NCBI GenBank assembly: GCA_937944975.1
Contig: CALEBF010000004.1
Location: 9,759-73,758, forward strand
Origin: an uncultured Mycoplasmatota bacterium
GTDB lineage: Bacteria > Bacillota_I > Bacilli_A > RF39 > UBA660
Length of the DNA stretch: 64,000 bases
Direction of reading: 5' to 3'
Shown here: in pieces, positions 17,959-27,133 of the stretch
Layout: the number at the start of each line of letters is the position of its first letter
Position numbering within the stretch: position 1 is the stretch's first letter
Position numbers and translations under genes: made by a program
The notes under the pieces: model-generated
Databases searched by the model: none
What the model was told of the DNA's origin: nothing
Seen by the model: only the letters and a program-made list of their open reading frames with translations

Positions 17959-19993
17959 ACTTTCATTAAAGAATATTACTAAAAGCGTGAAAGATTATGC
18001 GATCTATTTCTTTACGCTGATTTTAGGCGTAGCTATTTTCTATTTATTTAACTCTCTCGATAGTCAGACGGCGATGTTGAATGTTTCTAATTCGACGCAC
18101 CAACTGATTACATTAATGAATCAAATGTTGTCTGGGGTTAGTGTATTTGTTTCCTTTGCTCTTGGATTTTTAATTATCTATGCAAGTCGCTTTTTGATGA
18201 AACGACGTAATAAAGAATTTGGAATATATATGACCCTCGGAATGGGAAAGGGAAAGATATCGAGAATCTTACTGTTCGAAACATTGATGATTGGTATCGT
18301 CTCTCTATTTGTTGGACTTGGAATTGGTATTGTCTTATCGCAGGGAATGTCAATTTTTGTAGCTAGTATGTTTGAAGCAGATATGTCTAAATTTACATTT
18401 GTCTTCTCCGCAGGGGCACTTGGGAAGACCATCGTCTATTTCGGCATTATGTATATTATTGTCATGCTTTTAAATACAGTACAAATTGGTCGATGCAAAT
18501 TGATCGATCTTTTACAGGCAAACAAGAAAACAGAGAAAGTAAAAATTAAAAATCCATACCTTTGTACGATTGTGTTTATTGTCGCATGTTGTATGCTAGG
18601 ATATGCTTATTACTGTGTGACGGCAGGAGTTAATAATTTAATCGATACGAGCGATGTATTATTTCCAATTGCCTTAGGAATTATTTCTACATTTTTAATT
18701 TTCTGGTCTCTTTCTGGATTAGTGCTTCGCATAATTATGTCTTGGAAAAAAGTATATTATAAAGGACTGAATAGTTTCATATTACGCCAGATCAATAGTA
18801 AGATTAATACAACTGTTTGTTCTATGTCTGTTATTTGTCTGATGTTGTTTTTAACGATCTGCATTCTATCCAGTGCGTTATCTATGAAAAATGCGATGTC
18901 TGCAAATCTCACAGAATTGGCGCCGATCGATGTAGAATTTAGTAAACGTCTCGATGAAGTTACGACGGACTTTCCTGTGGAAAAAGCAAATGGATACCAA
19001 GCATCGATTGAGGAAAACTTAGCTTCTTTAGGGTTTTCCACAGGAAAACGATTGAAAGATACAGTTCAATTTTATACTTATACACAGGAAAACTTAACAT
19101 TTGGCTCTACTTTAGGGGATTATAAAGAAGAAGTGTTGAAAGAATATCCTAGTTTGATGGTAGATGTGTTAGAGCAAGTGGTAAGAATCAGTGATTATAA
19201 TAAATTAGCAAAATTATACGGGACTGATACTTACGAGCTTGCAGATGATGAATATATGATCATCGCCGATTTTGATAGTATGGTAGCGATTCGAAATAAA
19301 GCATTCGAATATACCGATACGATTCAAATTGGTGGAAAAGAATATCATGCGAAATATCACGAGTGCAAGCCAGGTTTTATCGGAATGAGTGCGAATCATA
19401 TCAATACGGGAATTATCTTAGTCCCTGATCAAGCAGTAGAAACTCTATCCAAAGTAACAGAACAATTGTCTGCAAATTATAACGCGGATACCGACGAGGG
19501 AAAACAGGCAATTGAAGATGAGATCATAGCATTTGAAGATAATCCAATTGTTTATAATACGAATTTAGATGCAGTTACGAAGATCAGCATCTACGAAGCG
19601 AGTGTTGGACTAGGAGCAATTGTGACATTTATTGGACTTTACTTAGGAATTATCTTTTTGATTTCATCTGCTGCAATACTAGCATTAAAGGAACTATCGG
19701 AATCTTCAGATAATCAAGAACGTTATGGAATGCTTAGAAAACTAGGAGTCGATGAAAAAATGATCAATCGTGCACTCTTCATTCAAATTGCTATTTTCTT
19801 CTTATTCCCACTGATATTAGCAATTATTCATTCTTGTTTTGGCCTCCAAACAGCAAGCTATATTTTAGAGACATTCGGTCATGAAAAATTACTTTTATCG
19901 ATTGTGATGACAGCTATTTTCTTGATCATTATATATGGTGGATATTTTGTGATTACCTATTTATGTTCGAAACGAATTATCAAAGAAAGATAA
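17948..19993 (+). CDS. FtsX-domain ABC permease (BceB-like, 10 TM with large extracellular loop)
   Basis: 681 aa. It overlaps the ATPase gene by 11 nt. A soluble loop of about 220 aa sits between TM blocks, which is the BceB architecture. Confidence 0.85.
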   Translation: MLFKLSLKNITKSVKDYAIYFFTLILGVAIFYLFNSLDSQTAMLNVSNSTHQLITLMNQMLSGVSVFVSFALGFLIIYASRFLMKRRNKEFGIYMTLGMGKGKISRILLFETLMIGIVSLFVGLGIGIVLSQGMSIFVASMFEADMSKFTFVFSAGALGKTIVYFGIMYIIVMLLNTVQIGRCKLIDLLQANKKTEKVKIKNPYLCTIVFIVACCMLGYAYYCVTAGVNNLIDTSDVLFPIALGIISTFLIFWSLSGLVLRIIMSWKKVYYKGLNSFILRQINSKINTTVCSMSVICLMLFLTICILSSALSMKNAMSANLTELAPIDVEFSKRLDEVTTDFPVEKANGYQASIEENLASLGFSTGKRLKDTVQFYTYTQENLTFGSTLGDYKEEVLKEYPSLMVDVLEQVVRISDYNKLAKLYGTDTYELADDEYMIIADFDSMVAIRNKAFEYTDTIQIGGKEYHAKYHECKPGFIGMSANHINTGIILVPDQAVETLSKVTEQLSANYNADTDEGKQAIEDEIIAFEDNPIVYNTNLDAVTKISIYEASVGLGAIVTFIGLYLGIIFLISSAAILALKELSESSDNQERYGMLRKLGVDEKMINRALFIQIAIFFLFPLILAIIHSCFGLQTASYILETFGHEKLLLSIVMTAIFLIIIYGGYFVITYLCSKRIIKER

Positions 19994-20015
19994 AGATGTG
20001 CATACACATCTTTTT
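19993..20015 (+). terminator. Rho-independent terminator
   Basis: Stem AAGATGTG / CACATCTT with a CATA loop, followed by TTT. Confidence 0.7.
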
Positions 20016-20072
20016 CTCGTTGCTTGGTTTTTCATTTTGTGGTATATTATGTATAACATGTGAGGGAAAAAT

Positions 20073-20555
20073 ATGCTAAAAAAGACAATCAAAGGGGTTG
20101 TGTTAGCACTGATACTATTTGTTATTACATTAGGGTTGTATACAAATCACATGAAATCACAAGATCCTGATTGGAATCTTCAAGTAGGAGACTATAAGTT
20201 GATGGAGGTCACCTACGATGGTTTTGGGGATAAAGTGAGAATTGGAGATATGATGCTTGTGCATGAGAAAGATACTTACGATATTAGCGATATTATCATG
20301 TATCAAAATGGAACTCATCAGGACGTCGCTCGTATTGTCGATACGACAAGATATGGCGTCGTTCCAAGGAAAGAGACGAGTTTTATCAACGAGACTTTTG
20401 TACCACATGGCGATATTATAGGATCATTAGATCTATGTATTCGTGGTGGTATGAAATGGTGGAGTATATTGACTCATCCATTAACAGTGGGTCTTTTATC
20501 AACTGCTGTATTTGCATATTTCTTGCATAAGACATCGATAAGATATACGATATAA
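20073..20555 (+). CDS. SipW-like (S26B signal-peptidase-fold) membrane protein, catalytic residues absent
   Basis: N- and C-terminal TM helices flank a segment that aligns to the SipW core. The SGSMEP position reads YDGFGD and the THR position reads VAR. Confidence 0.5.
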   Translation: MLKKTIKGVVLALILFVITLGLYTNHMKSQDPDWNLQVGDYKLMEVTYDGFGDKVRIGDMMLVHEKDTYDISDIIMYQNGTHQDVARIVDTTRYGVVPRKETSFINETFVPHGDIIGSLDLCIRGGMKWWSILTHPLTVGLLSTAVFAYFLHKTSIRYTI

Positions 20556-20566
20556 AGGGGGAAGAC

Positions 20567-21031
20567 ATGAAAGCGATTAAAATAATAATAGGGGTATTTG
20601 TTGGTATTATCATCTTTTTAGGATTGTTCTTTAACTTTAAGAAGCTGAACGATGCAGAAGAAATACCTAAATTATCTGGTTTTACTATGATGGAAATCGG
20701 AGTTGATGGTATGAGTACCAAGGCAAAAATGGGAGATTTTGTCGTTTTACAGGAAGTTGAAACTTACGAAGTTGACGATGTTGTCGTCTATAAGAATGGT
20801 CTTTTTATAGATACTGGAAAGGTAACAGCTGTAACCGATCAAAATGTAACAGTCATCAAAGATAATGGAATGGGAGCAACGACAATTAATTCTAATATTA
20901 TCGTTGGGAAAGTCGTTTTAAACATTTCTGGGTTTGGTAAGGTTTGGAATTTCCTCATCAATCCGATCGTCACGGGATTACTCATTGTAGCAGCCTTAGG
21001 ATATACCGTTCAAAAGCTTGTGTCACAATAG
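20567..21031 (+). CDS. SipW-like membrane protein, paralogue of the preceding gene, catalytic residues absent
   Basis: Same topology as the preceding gene. VDGMST replaces SGSMEP. The conserved blocks MGDFVVLQE, YEVDDVVVYKNG and IIVGKVV are kept. Confidence 0.5.
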   Translation: MKAIKIIIGVFVGIIIFLGLFFNFKKLNDAEEIPKLSGFTMMEIGVDGMSTKAKMGDFVVLQEVETYEVDDVVVYKNGLFIDTGKVTAVTDQNVTVIKDNGMGATTINSNIIVGKVVLNISGFGKVWNFLINPIVTGLLIVAALGYTVQKLVSQ

Positions 21032-21061
21032 AAAGTCAAATTTTAATTTTTGACTTTTTTT
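21032..21061 (+). terminator. Rho-independent terminator
   Basis: Stem AAAGTCAAA / TTTGACTTT followed by a T-run. Confidence 0.75.
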
Positions 21062-21116
21062 GATATAATAAATGTATAATAAAACGATATATAACTCAGG
21101 AAAGGAAGTTTAAATC

Positions 21117-21854
21117 ATGAAAATTGGAGTATGTGATTCAGGATTGGGAGGATTGACTGTTTTAAGACAGATTGTAAAACGATATCCTAATCATGATTAT
21201 TTATATTATGGAGATACCAAACATCTTCCGTATGGTGAGAAAACAAAGTCTCAACTGATGGAATATGCATCAGGAATGATTGATTATTTTAAGAAACAAG
21301 CTGTTGATCTTATCGTTATTGCCTGCGGAACAATTAGTACAAACATATATGAAGAATTAAAACAAAAGTATTCTATTCTGATGATTGACATTATCTCCCC
21401 AACTATTGCTTATCTAAAAGAAAAGGATTTCTCTTCCATCGGAGTACTCGCAACGCCGATGACGATACATAGTCACGTCTTTGATGATGCTTTATGTCAT
21501 AATACGGCGACGGTAGCTTGTCCAAAGTTTGTCCCACTGATTGAAAATGGTAAAATTGATTTACCAGAATGTAAGGATGCAATTAGTCTATATCTAAGAC
21601 CGATGATAGAAAGTAAAGTGGAACATATCGTACTAGGCTGTACACATTATCCAATTTTAGTTGATTCTATGGAGAGCGAGTATCCTTGTGATTATATCGA
21701 TATGGGAGATATTTTAGCGTCTTATCTCAAATTAGAAAAAAATACGTCTGAAACGGGATCTGTCGAATTATATTTTTCTCAAGTGACGCCAATATTAGAA
21801 AAGATGATTGACTTGGTATTTCCTTTTCCATATCACATGAATAAGGAGGATTAA
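21117..21854 (+). CDS. murI: Glutamate racemase
   Basis: Active-site Cys motifs CDSGLGGLTV and GCTHYP. Confidence 0.92.
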   Translation: MKIGVCDSGLGGLTVLRQIVKRYPNHDYLYYGDTKHLPYGEKTKSQLMEYASGMIDYFKKQAVDLIVIACGTISTNIYEELKQKYSILMIDIISPTIAYLKEKDFSSIGVLATPMTIHSHVFDDALCHNTATVACPKFVPLIENGKIDLPECKDAISLYLRPMIESKVEHIVLGCTHYPILVDSMESEYPCDYIDMGDILASYLKLEKNTSETGSVELYFSQVTPILEKMIDLVFPFPYHMNKED

Positions 21855-21855
21855 A

Positions 21856-22638
21856 ATGAAGTTAGTTTCTTGGAATGTAGCAGGGATTCGCGCATGTTTA
21901 AAAAAGGGATTGAAAGAATTTTTCGAGGAGATCGATGCCGATATTTTTTGCATACAGGAGTCAAAGGCGACAGAAGAGCAATTTGACTTTTTTCCAGAAG
22001 GGTATGAAAGATATTTATATCCTGCTGTTAGAAAAGGATACTCCGGGACAGTAATTTATGCAAAGAGAAAACCAGTGTCTGTTTTTTATGGTGGATTAGA
22101 TCCAGAATATGATGATGAAGGTAGAATGATTACGCTAGAATACGAGGATTTTTACTTGGTAAATATCTATGTTCCAAATGTGAAACGAGGCTTAGAACGA
22201 ATGGAATCACGCATGCGTTTCGAAGATTTGTTTCGTTCGTATCTGAAGCGTTTAGATCAGGAAAAACCAGTAGTGATATGTGGAGACTTTAATGTAGCTC
22301 ACGAAGAGATCGATATCCGCAACGCAAAACAAAATATTGGGAATGCAGGATTTACTTACGAAGAAAGAGGTAAGTTTGACGAGCTTTTACAAGCCGGATT
22401 TATCGATACATTTCGCTTTCTTTATCCAGATAAGAAGGATGCATATTCTTGGTGGAGTTATCGAAAAGGAGTTCGCGAGAAAAATATAGGTTGGAGAATT
22501 GATTACTTTTTAGTGTCAGATAGATTGAGAACAAACATAAAAGATGCACTCATTTATTCCGATGTACTCGGTAGTGATCATTGTCCAATCGGATTAGAAA
22601 TTGAGGTGACGAAGGATGCCGGAACTACCCGAAGTTGA
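21856..22638 (+). CDS. xth: Exodeoxyribonuclease III / AP endonuclease
   Basis: Motifs SWNVAG, QESK, GDFNVAH and SDHCP. Confidence 0.92.
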   Translation: MKLVSWNVAGIRACLKKGLKEFFEEIDADIFCIQESKATEEQFDFFPEGYERYLYPAVRKGYSGTVIYAKRKPVSVFYGGLDPEYDDEGRMITLEYEDFYLVNIYVPNVKRGLERMESRMRFEDLFRSYLKRLDQEKPVVICGDFNVAHEEIDIRNAKQNIGNAGFTYEERGKFDELLQAGFIDTFRFLYPDKKDAYSWWSYRKGVREKNIGWRIDYFLVSDRLRTNIKDALIYSDVLGSDHCPIGLEIEVTKDAGTTRS

Positions 22639-23443
22639 AACTGTTAAAAATATATTAAAAACAAAAGTATTGGGAAAAGAGATAACGGATGTTGTCGTTT
22701 TATATCCAAATATCATAGCGCATCCATCGGTAATAGAATTTCAAAAGAAAATTAAATCACAGACGATCTGTGATATACAAAGGAGAGGGAAATGGCTTTT
22801 ATTTATTTTGGATGATGACGTTTTACTAAGTCACTTGCGAATGGAAGGAAAATATAATTTAAAAAATAAATATGAACCACGTACAAAACATGAGCACGTA
22901 TCATTTCTCTTTTCTGATGGTACGGAATTAAGATATCACGATACGAGAAAGTTTGGTAGAATGTACTTGTGTCCAAAGAGCGAAGTAATGCATGTGGAAC
23001 CGCTTTTATCACTGGGATTAGAACCATGGGATGAGAACTTGACGGAATCGTATTTGAAGGAAAAATTAAGTAAGAAGACAATTCCGATCAAAACAGCTTT
23101 GTTGGATCAGACGATCATTAGTGGAATAGGGAATATTTACGATGATGAAATTTTATTTCTATCTCATATTCATCCTAAAACAAAAAGCAACGCTCTATCG
23201 AAAAAGCAGTTGCACACTATCATTGAAATGACGAGATTTGTACTTCAGAAAGCAATAGAACAGGGAGGAACGACAATTCGAAGTTTCGAGGCGAGCGAAG
23301 GTGTTCACGGTAGATTTCAACATGAATTATCGATTCACGGACAGAGCGAGTGCCCCGTTTGTCACCATCCTGTCGTAAAAGAATTTATCGGTGGACGTGG
23401 TACGTATTATTGCAAGTATTGTCAAAAGAAAACTTATAAGTAG
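22616..23443 (+). CDS. mutM: Formamidopyrimidine-DNA glycosylase
   Basis: N-terminal MPELPEVE, an H2TH region, and the C-terminal zinc finger CPVC-x16-CKYC. Confidence 0.93.
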   Translation: MPELPEVETVKNILKTKVLGKEITDVVVLYPNIIAHPSVIEFQKKIKSQTICDIQRRGKWLLFILDDDVLLSHLRMEGKYNLKNKYEPRTKHEHVSFLFSDGTELRYHDTRKFGRMYLCPKSEVMHVEPLLSLGLEPWDENLTESYLKEKLSKKTIPIKTALLDQTIISGIGNIYDDEILFLSHIHPKTKSNALSKKQLHTIIEMTRFVLQKAIEQGGTTIRSFEASEGVHGRFQHELSIHGQSECPVCHHPVVKEFIGGRGTYYCKYCQKKTYK

Positions 23444-23889
23444 AAGGCATCAATTTGGGCGTCTTCTACTGTTTTATTTTTCTTAATTTTTTTCATTTGT
23501 TTTAAAGTTTCCATCAGTTTATCGCCATCGTTAGATGCAAAAAGTATGTCGGAAAGTGAGACGATTCCAACGATTTTTTCTTGTCTTGTTACTAGGAGTC
23601 TTTTCATTTGATGATTCGACATTAACGACAATGCATCTTCTAAAGAATCGTCTTCCTTTATTGTGATAAGTGGAGTGGATAAATACGAGTGGATTTTTCC
23701 TGATGTGTCTTGATTTGCAATCATACGTACGACGATATCTCGATCCGTACATACGCCGATACATTGATTCTTTTTGATAATGGGTAGAAATCCAATATCG
23801 TATTGTTTCATTTTTTGCGCGATTTTTTGAATGTTGTCGGTATCGGTTGCATAAATCATATGTGTTGTCATAATATTTTTGATTTTCAT
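23434..23889 (-). CDS. CBS-domain pair protein
   Basis: ATG at 23889 with an AAGAGGAG RBS. Two CBS repeats (IMTTHMIYAT... and HQMKRLLVTRQEKIVGIVSLSDIL). It converges on mutM with a 10-nt overlap. Confidence 0.8.
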   Translation of the reverse strand: MKIKNIMTTHMIYATDTDNIQKIAQKMKQYDIGFLPIIKKNQCIGVCTDRDIVVRMIANQDTSGKIHSYLSTPLITIKEDDSLEDALSLMSNHQMKRLLVTRQEKIVGIVSLSDILFASNDGDKLMETLKQMKKIKKNKTVEDAQIDAFYL

Positions 23890-23934
23890 AATCTCCTCTT
23901 TTCTATTGATAGGATGTGTCAAAAAATAAGGAGT

Positions 23935-24732
23935 ATGCGCATAACATATGGTATGAGAAGGAAAATTCACTTACGAAAGAAATACGTTTTATACCATAAA
24001 AAAGAGTTTCAATGGACGAGGCGAAAGTTCGTATTTTTTTTGATAGGAACATTTATTTTATGTGTGATCCTCATTTTCACTTGGATTCAACATACAGTGA
24101 ATCCAATTTTATTGCGTTATGGAGAAAGTGAGATTCAAAAAATTTCCAAAGCAATTATGAATGCTTCTGTGAATCAGCAAGTAACGGAAAATTTAAATGT
24201 CGATGAACTATTTATCATATCTAAAAATAACGATGGAGAGATAAATACGATCGATTTTGATCCAGTTATCGTCAATCGAGTATTATCGATGATAACAGCG
24301 AATGTTCAAACAAATTTGAAGCTATTAGAAGATGGTAAAATAGATCAGATGGATGTTGGAGATGTCTTATCTAATTACGATCAAAAAAAATTGAGAGAAG
24401 GGGTTGTTTATCAAATTCCAAGTGGTGTCGTGTTTGGAAATAGTTTGCTTGCTAATCTAGGGCCTAAAATTCCAGTTCGTCTTAATTTATATGGAGATAT
24501 TAGTAGTGAAATACAAACGACGATTACAAATTATGGAATTAACAATGCGATGCTAGAAGCAAGTGTAGTAATGACATTAGAAGAGCGGGTTATTTTACCG
24601 TTCGTGTCGAAACAAATTAAAATAGAGTCTCGCATTCCAATCGCTATGAAGTTGATTCGTGGAAATATTCCAGAGTATTACTTTAACGGAATCGATAATA
24701 ACTCACCATCGATTACGGTTCCAAACAATTGA
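23935..24732 (+). CDS. yunB: Sporulation protein YunB
   Basis: N-terminal TM helix. VYQIPSGVVFGNSLLANLGPKIPVRLNLYGD and GINNAMLEASV match YunB. The start is uncertain (23914, 23935 or 23953). The track start at 23803 overlaps the CBS gene. Confidence 0.75.
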   Translation: MRITYGMRRKIHLRKKYVLYHKKEFQWTRRKFVFFLIGTFILCVILIFTWIQHTVNPILLRYGESEIQKISKAIMNASVNQQVTENLNVDELFIISKNNDGEINTIDFDPVIVNRVLSMITANVQTNLKLLEDGKIDQMDVGDVLSNYDQKKLREGVVYQIPSGVVFGNSLLANLGPKIPVRLNLYGDISSEIQTTITNYGINNAMLEASVVMTLEERVILPFVSKQIKIESRIPIAMKLIRGNIPEYYFNGIDNNSPSITVPNN

Positions 24733-24781
24733 TTCTTCTTCTAATTTATCATATAATAAATATGTAGATTGGAGTAATATA

Positions 24782-25060
24782 ATGAAACACTATCAATTTG
24801 GAAAAGAGAAATATATTTTATTAGAAAATTATAAAGATGGATTTGATAAGGAAGCAGTAGAACATTTATATACAGATTACTTTGAACCATACGATTATAT
24901 TTTAGGAGATTGGTCTTACGGAAAGCTTCGTTTAAAAGGGTTTTACCGCGGTTCGAATGTCAAGAAGAAACCGGTGAATGACTTTTCTAAAAAGGCACAA
25001 TATATAAAAGAAAATTGTGCTTATGATTGTAAATATTTTGTATTGGAAAAAAAAGGTTAG
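24782..25060 (+). CDS. yutD: YutD-like protein (DUF1027)
   Basis: YDYILGDWSYGKLRLKGFY and the C-terminal CAYDCKYFVLEKK match the YutD family. Confidence 0.75.
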   Translation: MKHYQFGKEKYILLENYKDGFDKEAVEHLYTDYFEPYDYILGDWSYGKLRLKGFYRGSNVKKKPVNDFSKKAQYIKENCAYDCKYFVLEKKG

Positions 25061-25076
25061 GAATAGAACCTTTTTT
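25051..25076 (+). terminator. Rho-independent terminator
   Basis: Stem AAAAGGTT / AACCTTTT followed by a T-run. Confidence 0.65.
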
Positions 25077-25143
25077 CTTATGAAAAAAGATAGAAAAGAA
25101 AGGAAAAAGATGTTATAATGTTATATGATTGGAGGATACATTA

Positions 25144-26248
25144 GTGGAACTATATGAACTGAATAATGCTTACACTGATGGTTCAAATCGAATTTTAGAT
25201 CTATGGAGGTCTCTTTGAACCAGATCGGTGTGAAAATAGAATTAGAGAATTAGATACGTTGATTGCAACTCCTAATTTTTGGGATGATGCAAAGAAAAGT
25301 ACTGCCGTTGTACACGAGCGAAATCAATGGAAACAGAAATTGGATCGAGTATCCAATTTGAAAAAGAGAATAGAAGATAATGTGCAATTACTCGATACAT
25401 TGAAAGAGCAACCCGACCTAGAAATTCAAGAATTATTGACATCAGAGTTACAAGAAATCGAAGTAGAACTTTCCGATTTAGAGCTATTGTTACTTTTAAA
25501 TGGAGAGTTTGATTCCAATGGGGCTTTATTGGAAATTCATCCGGGGGCTGGTGGAACTGAGGCATGCGATTGGGCGAATATGTTATATCGTATGTACTTA
25601 AGATGGTGTGAGCAACATCACTACCAAGTTGAAGTTTTGGAAGAGCAACCTGGGGAAGAAGCAGGAATGAAAAGCGTGACATTGATGGTAAAAGGGGAGT
25701 ATGCTTATGGATATTTAAAATGCGAAAAAGGCGTACATCGTCTAGTTCGGATTTCGCCATTTGATTCAGGTGCACGTAGACATACGTCATTTGCCTCTGT
25801 CGATGTAACACCGTTATTTGATCATCAAGCAATTGAATTAGATATCAAGGATAGCGATTTGAAGATCGATGTATATCGTTCGAGTGGTGCAGGAGGGCAA
25901 CATGTCAATACGACAGATAGCGCTGTACGAATCACGCATTTACCGACTAAGATTGTTGTAACCTGCCAAAACGAACGAAGTCAAATTCAAAATAGAGAAA
26001 AAGCGATGGAGATTTTGAAAAATAAATTATATCAGTTGGAAGTTGAAAAGAGAGATGAGCATCTACGCAAGTTAAAAGGTGATATCGTAGATATCAATTT
26101 TGGCTCGCAAATTCGAAGTTATGTGATGCATCCATATTCTCTTGTAAAAGATCATAGAACGAATGCGGAAACTTCGAATGTAGAAAAAGTATTAGATGGA
26201 GATATTGATTTATTTATCAACGCAATGTTGAAGAAAGGAAGTTTATAA
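25144..26248 (+). CDS. prfB: Peptide chain release factor 2, requires programmed +1 frameshift (join 25144..25215, 25217..26248)
   Basis: GTG 25144 lies 7 nt after GGAGGA. The zero frame reads 24 sense codons and then CTT TGA (25213-25218). The +1 frame continues into the track ORF, which carries SPF (RISPFDS) and GGQ (SGAGGQHVN). Confidence 0.92.
25205..25219 (+). other. prfB autoregulatory +1 frameshift site
   Basis: Internal SD-like GGAGGT (25205-25210), a 2-nt gap, then the slippery CTT followed by in-frame TGA-A. Confidence 0.9.
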
Positions 26249-27132
26249 TGTGGTTTAAAAAGAAAAAGGAAACACAAGATATTAATATTATTCAGTCGAT
26301 TTATAAAAAGGATCGTTTGGTACGTTATGCACAATTTGTAGCAGGTGTTTTATGCGTTGCAATCGCATTTAATTTATTTATTTTACCGACGAAGATCGTG
26401 TATGGAATGAATGGTATCGGAGTTATTTGTAATTCTATATGGGGAGTGGATTCCTCGATCGTTATTTTATGTGGAAATATTCTCCTACTATTATTGAGTT
26501 GTCTTTTATTAGGAGTAGATAAGACGAAGAATTCTGTTTTGGGATCGTTGTGCGTTCCATTATTTATCAAACTAACAGCATTTTTACCTGCCTATATGAG
26601 TATTCCTATGGATGATCCACTTTTAATGACATTGTTTGGAGCTGCTATGACAGGATTTGGGCTTGGACTTGTCTTCAAGTCAGGATTTACAACGGGAGGA
26701 ACTGACATCTTAAATCAGATCGTTTCGAAATATGCTCACATGTCGATCGGAAGTTCTATGATTTTTACAGATGGATTGATTATTTTAGCAGGTATTTTTG
26801 CCTTCGGATGGATTCAATTGATGTACTCTGTAATTTCTCTTTATATTATTAGTATTATGACTGATAAAGTTATCTTAGGTATTTCAAATTCTAAGACATT
26901 CTACATTATTACAGAGCACGAAACAGCAGTCAAGAAGTTTATAATGCAACACTTAAGCCATGGAGTTACAGTGTTGGATGGAAGAGGTGGATTTACAGGA
27001 AATCATCAGAAAGTGATTATGTGTATTATCCCAACGAAAGAATATTTTATTGCAAAAGAGGGAATTCATAGCATTGATCCGAATGCTTTCTTCTTAGTAA
27101 CAGATGCATACGAAGTATATGGAGGTGCTTAA
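26248..27132 (+). CDS. YitT-family membrane protein (DUF2179)
   Basis: Five to six TM helices and a C-terminal DUF2179-like segment (GVTVLDGRGGFTG). Confidence 0.8.
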   Translation: MWFKKKKETQDINIIQSIYKKDRLVRYAQFVAGVLCVAIAFNLFILPTKIVYGMNGIGVICNSIWGVDSSIVILCGNILLLLLSCLLLGVDKTKNSVLGSLCVPLFIKLTAFLPAYMSIPMDDPLLMTLFGAAMTGFGLGLVFKSGFTTGGTDILNQIVSKYAHMSIGSSMIFTDGLIILAGIFAFGWIQLMYSVISLYIISIMTDKVILGISNSKTFYIITEHETAVKKFIMQHLSHGVTVLDGRGGFTGNHQKVIMCIIPTKEYFIAKEGIHSIDPNAFFLVTDAYEVYGGA

Positions 27133-27133
27133 T

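Noticed and set aside
23803-23934. Long N-terminal extension of the yunB ORF.
   Set aside because: It overlaps the start and promoter region of the divergent CBS gene, and the YunB-like sequence with its TM anchor begins later. The exact start remains uncertain.
25272-25832. 186-aa minus-strand ORF.
   Set aside because: It is entirely antisense to prfB, whose identity is certain (SPF and GGQ motifs). It has no RBS and its composition is typical of antisense frames.
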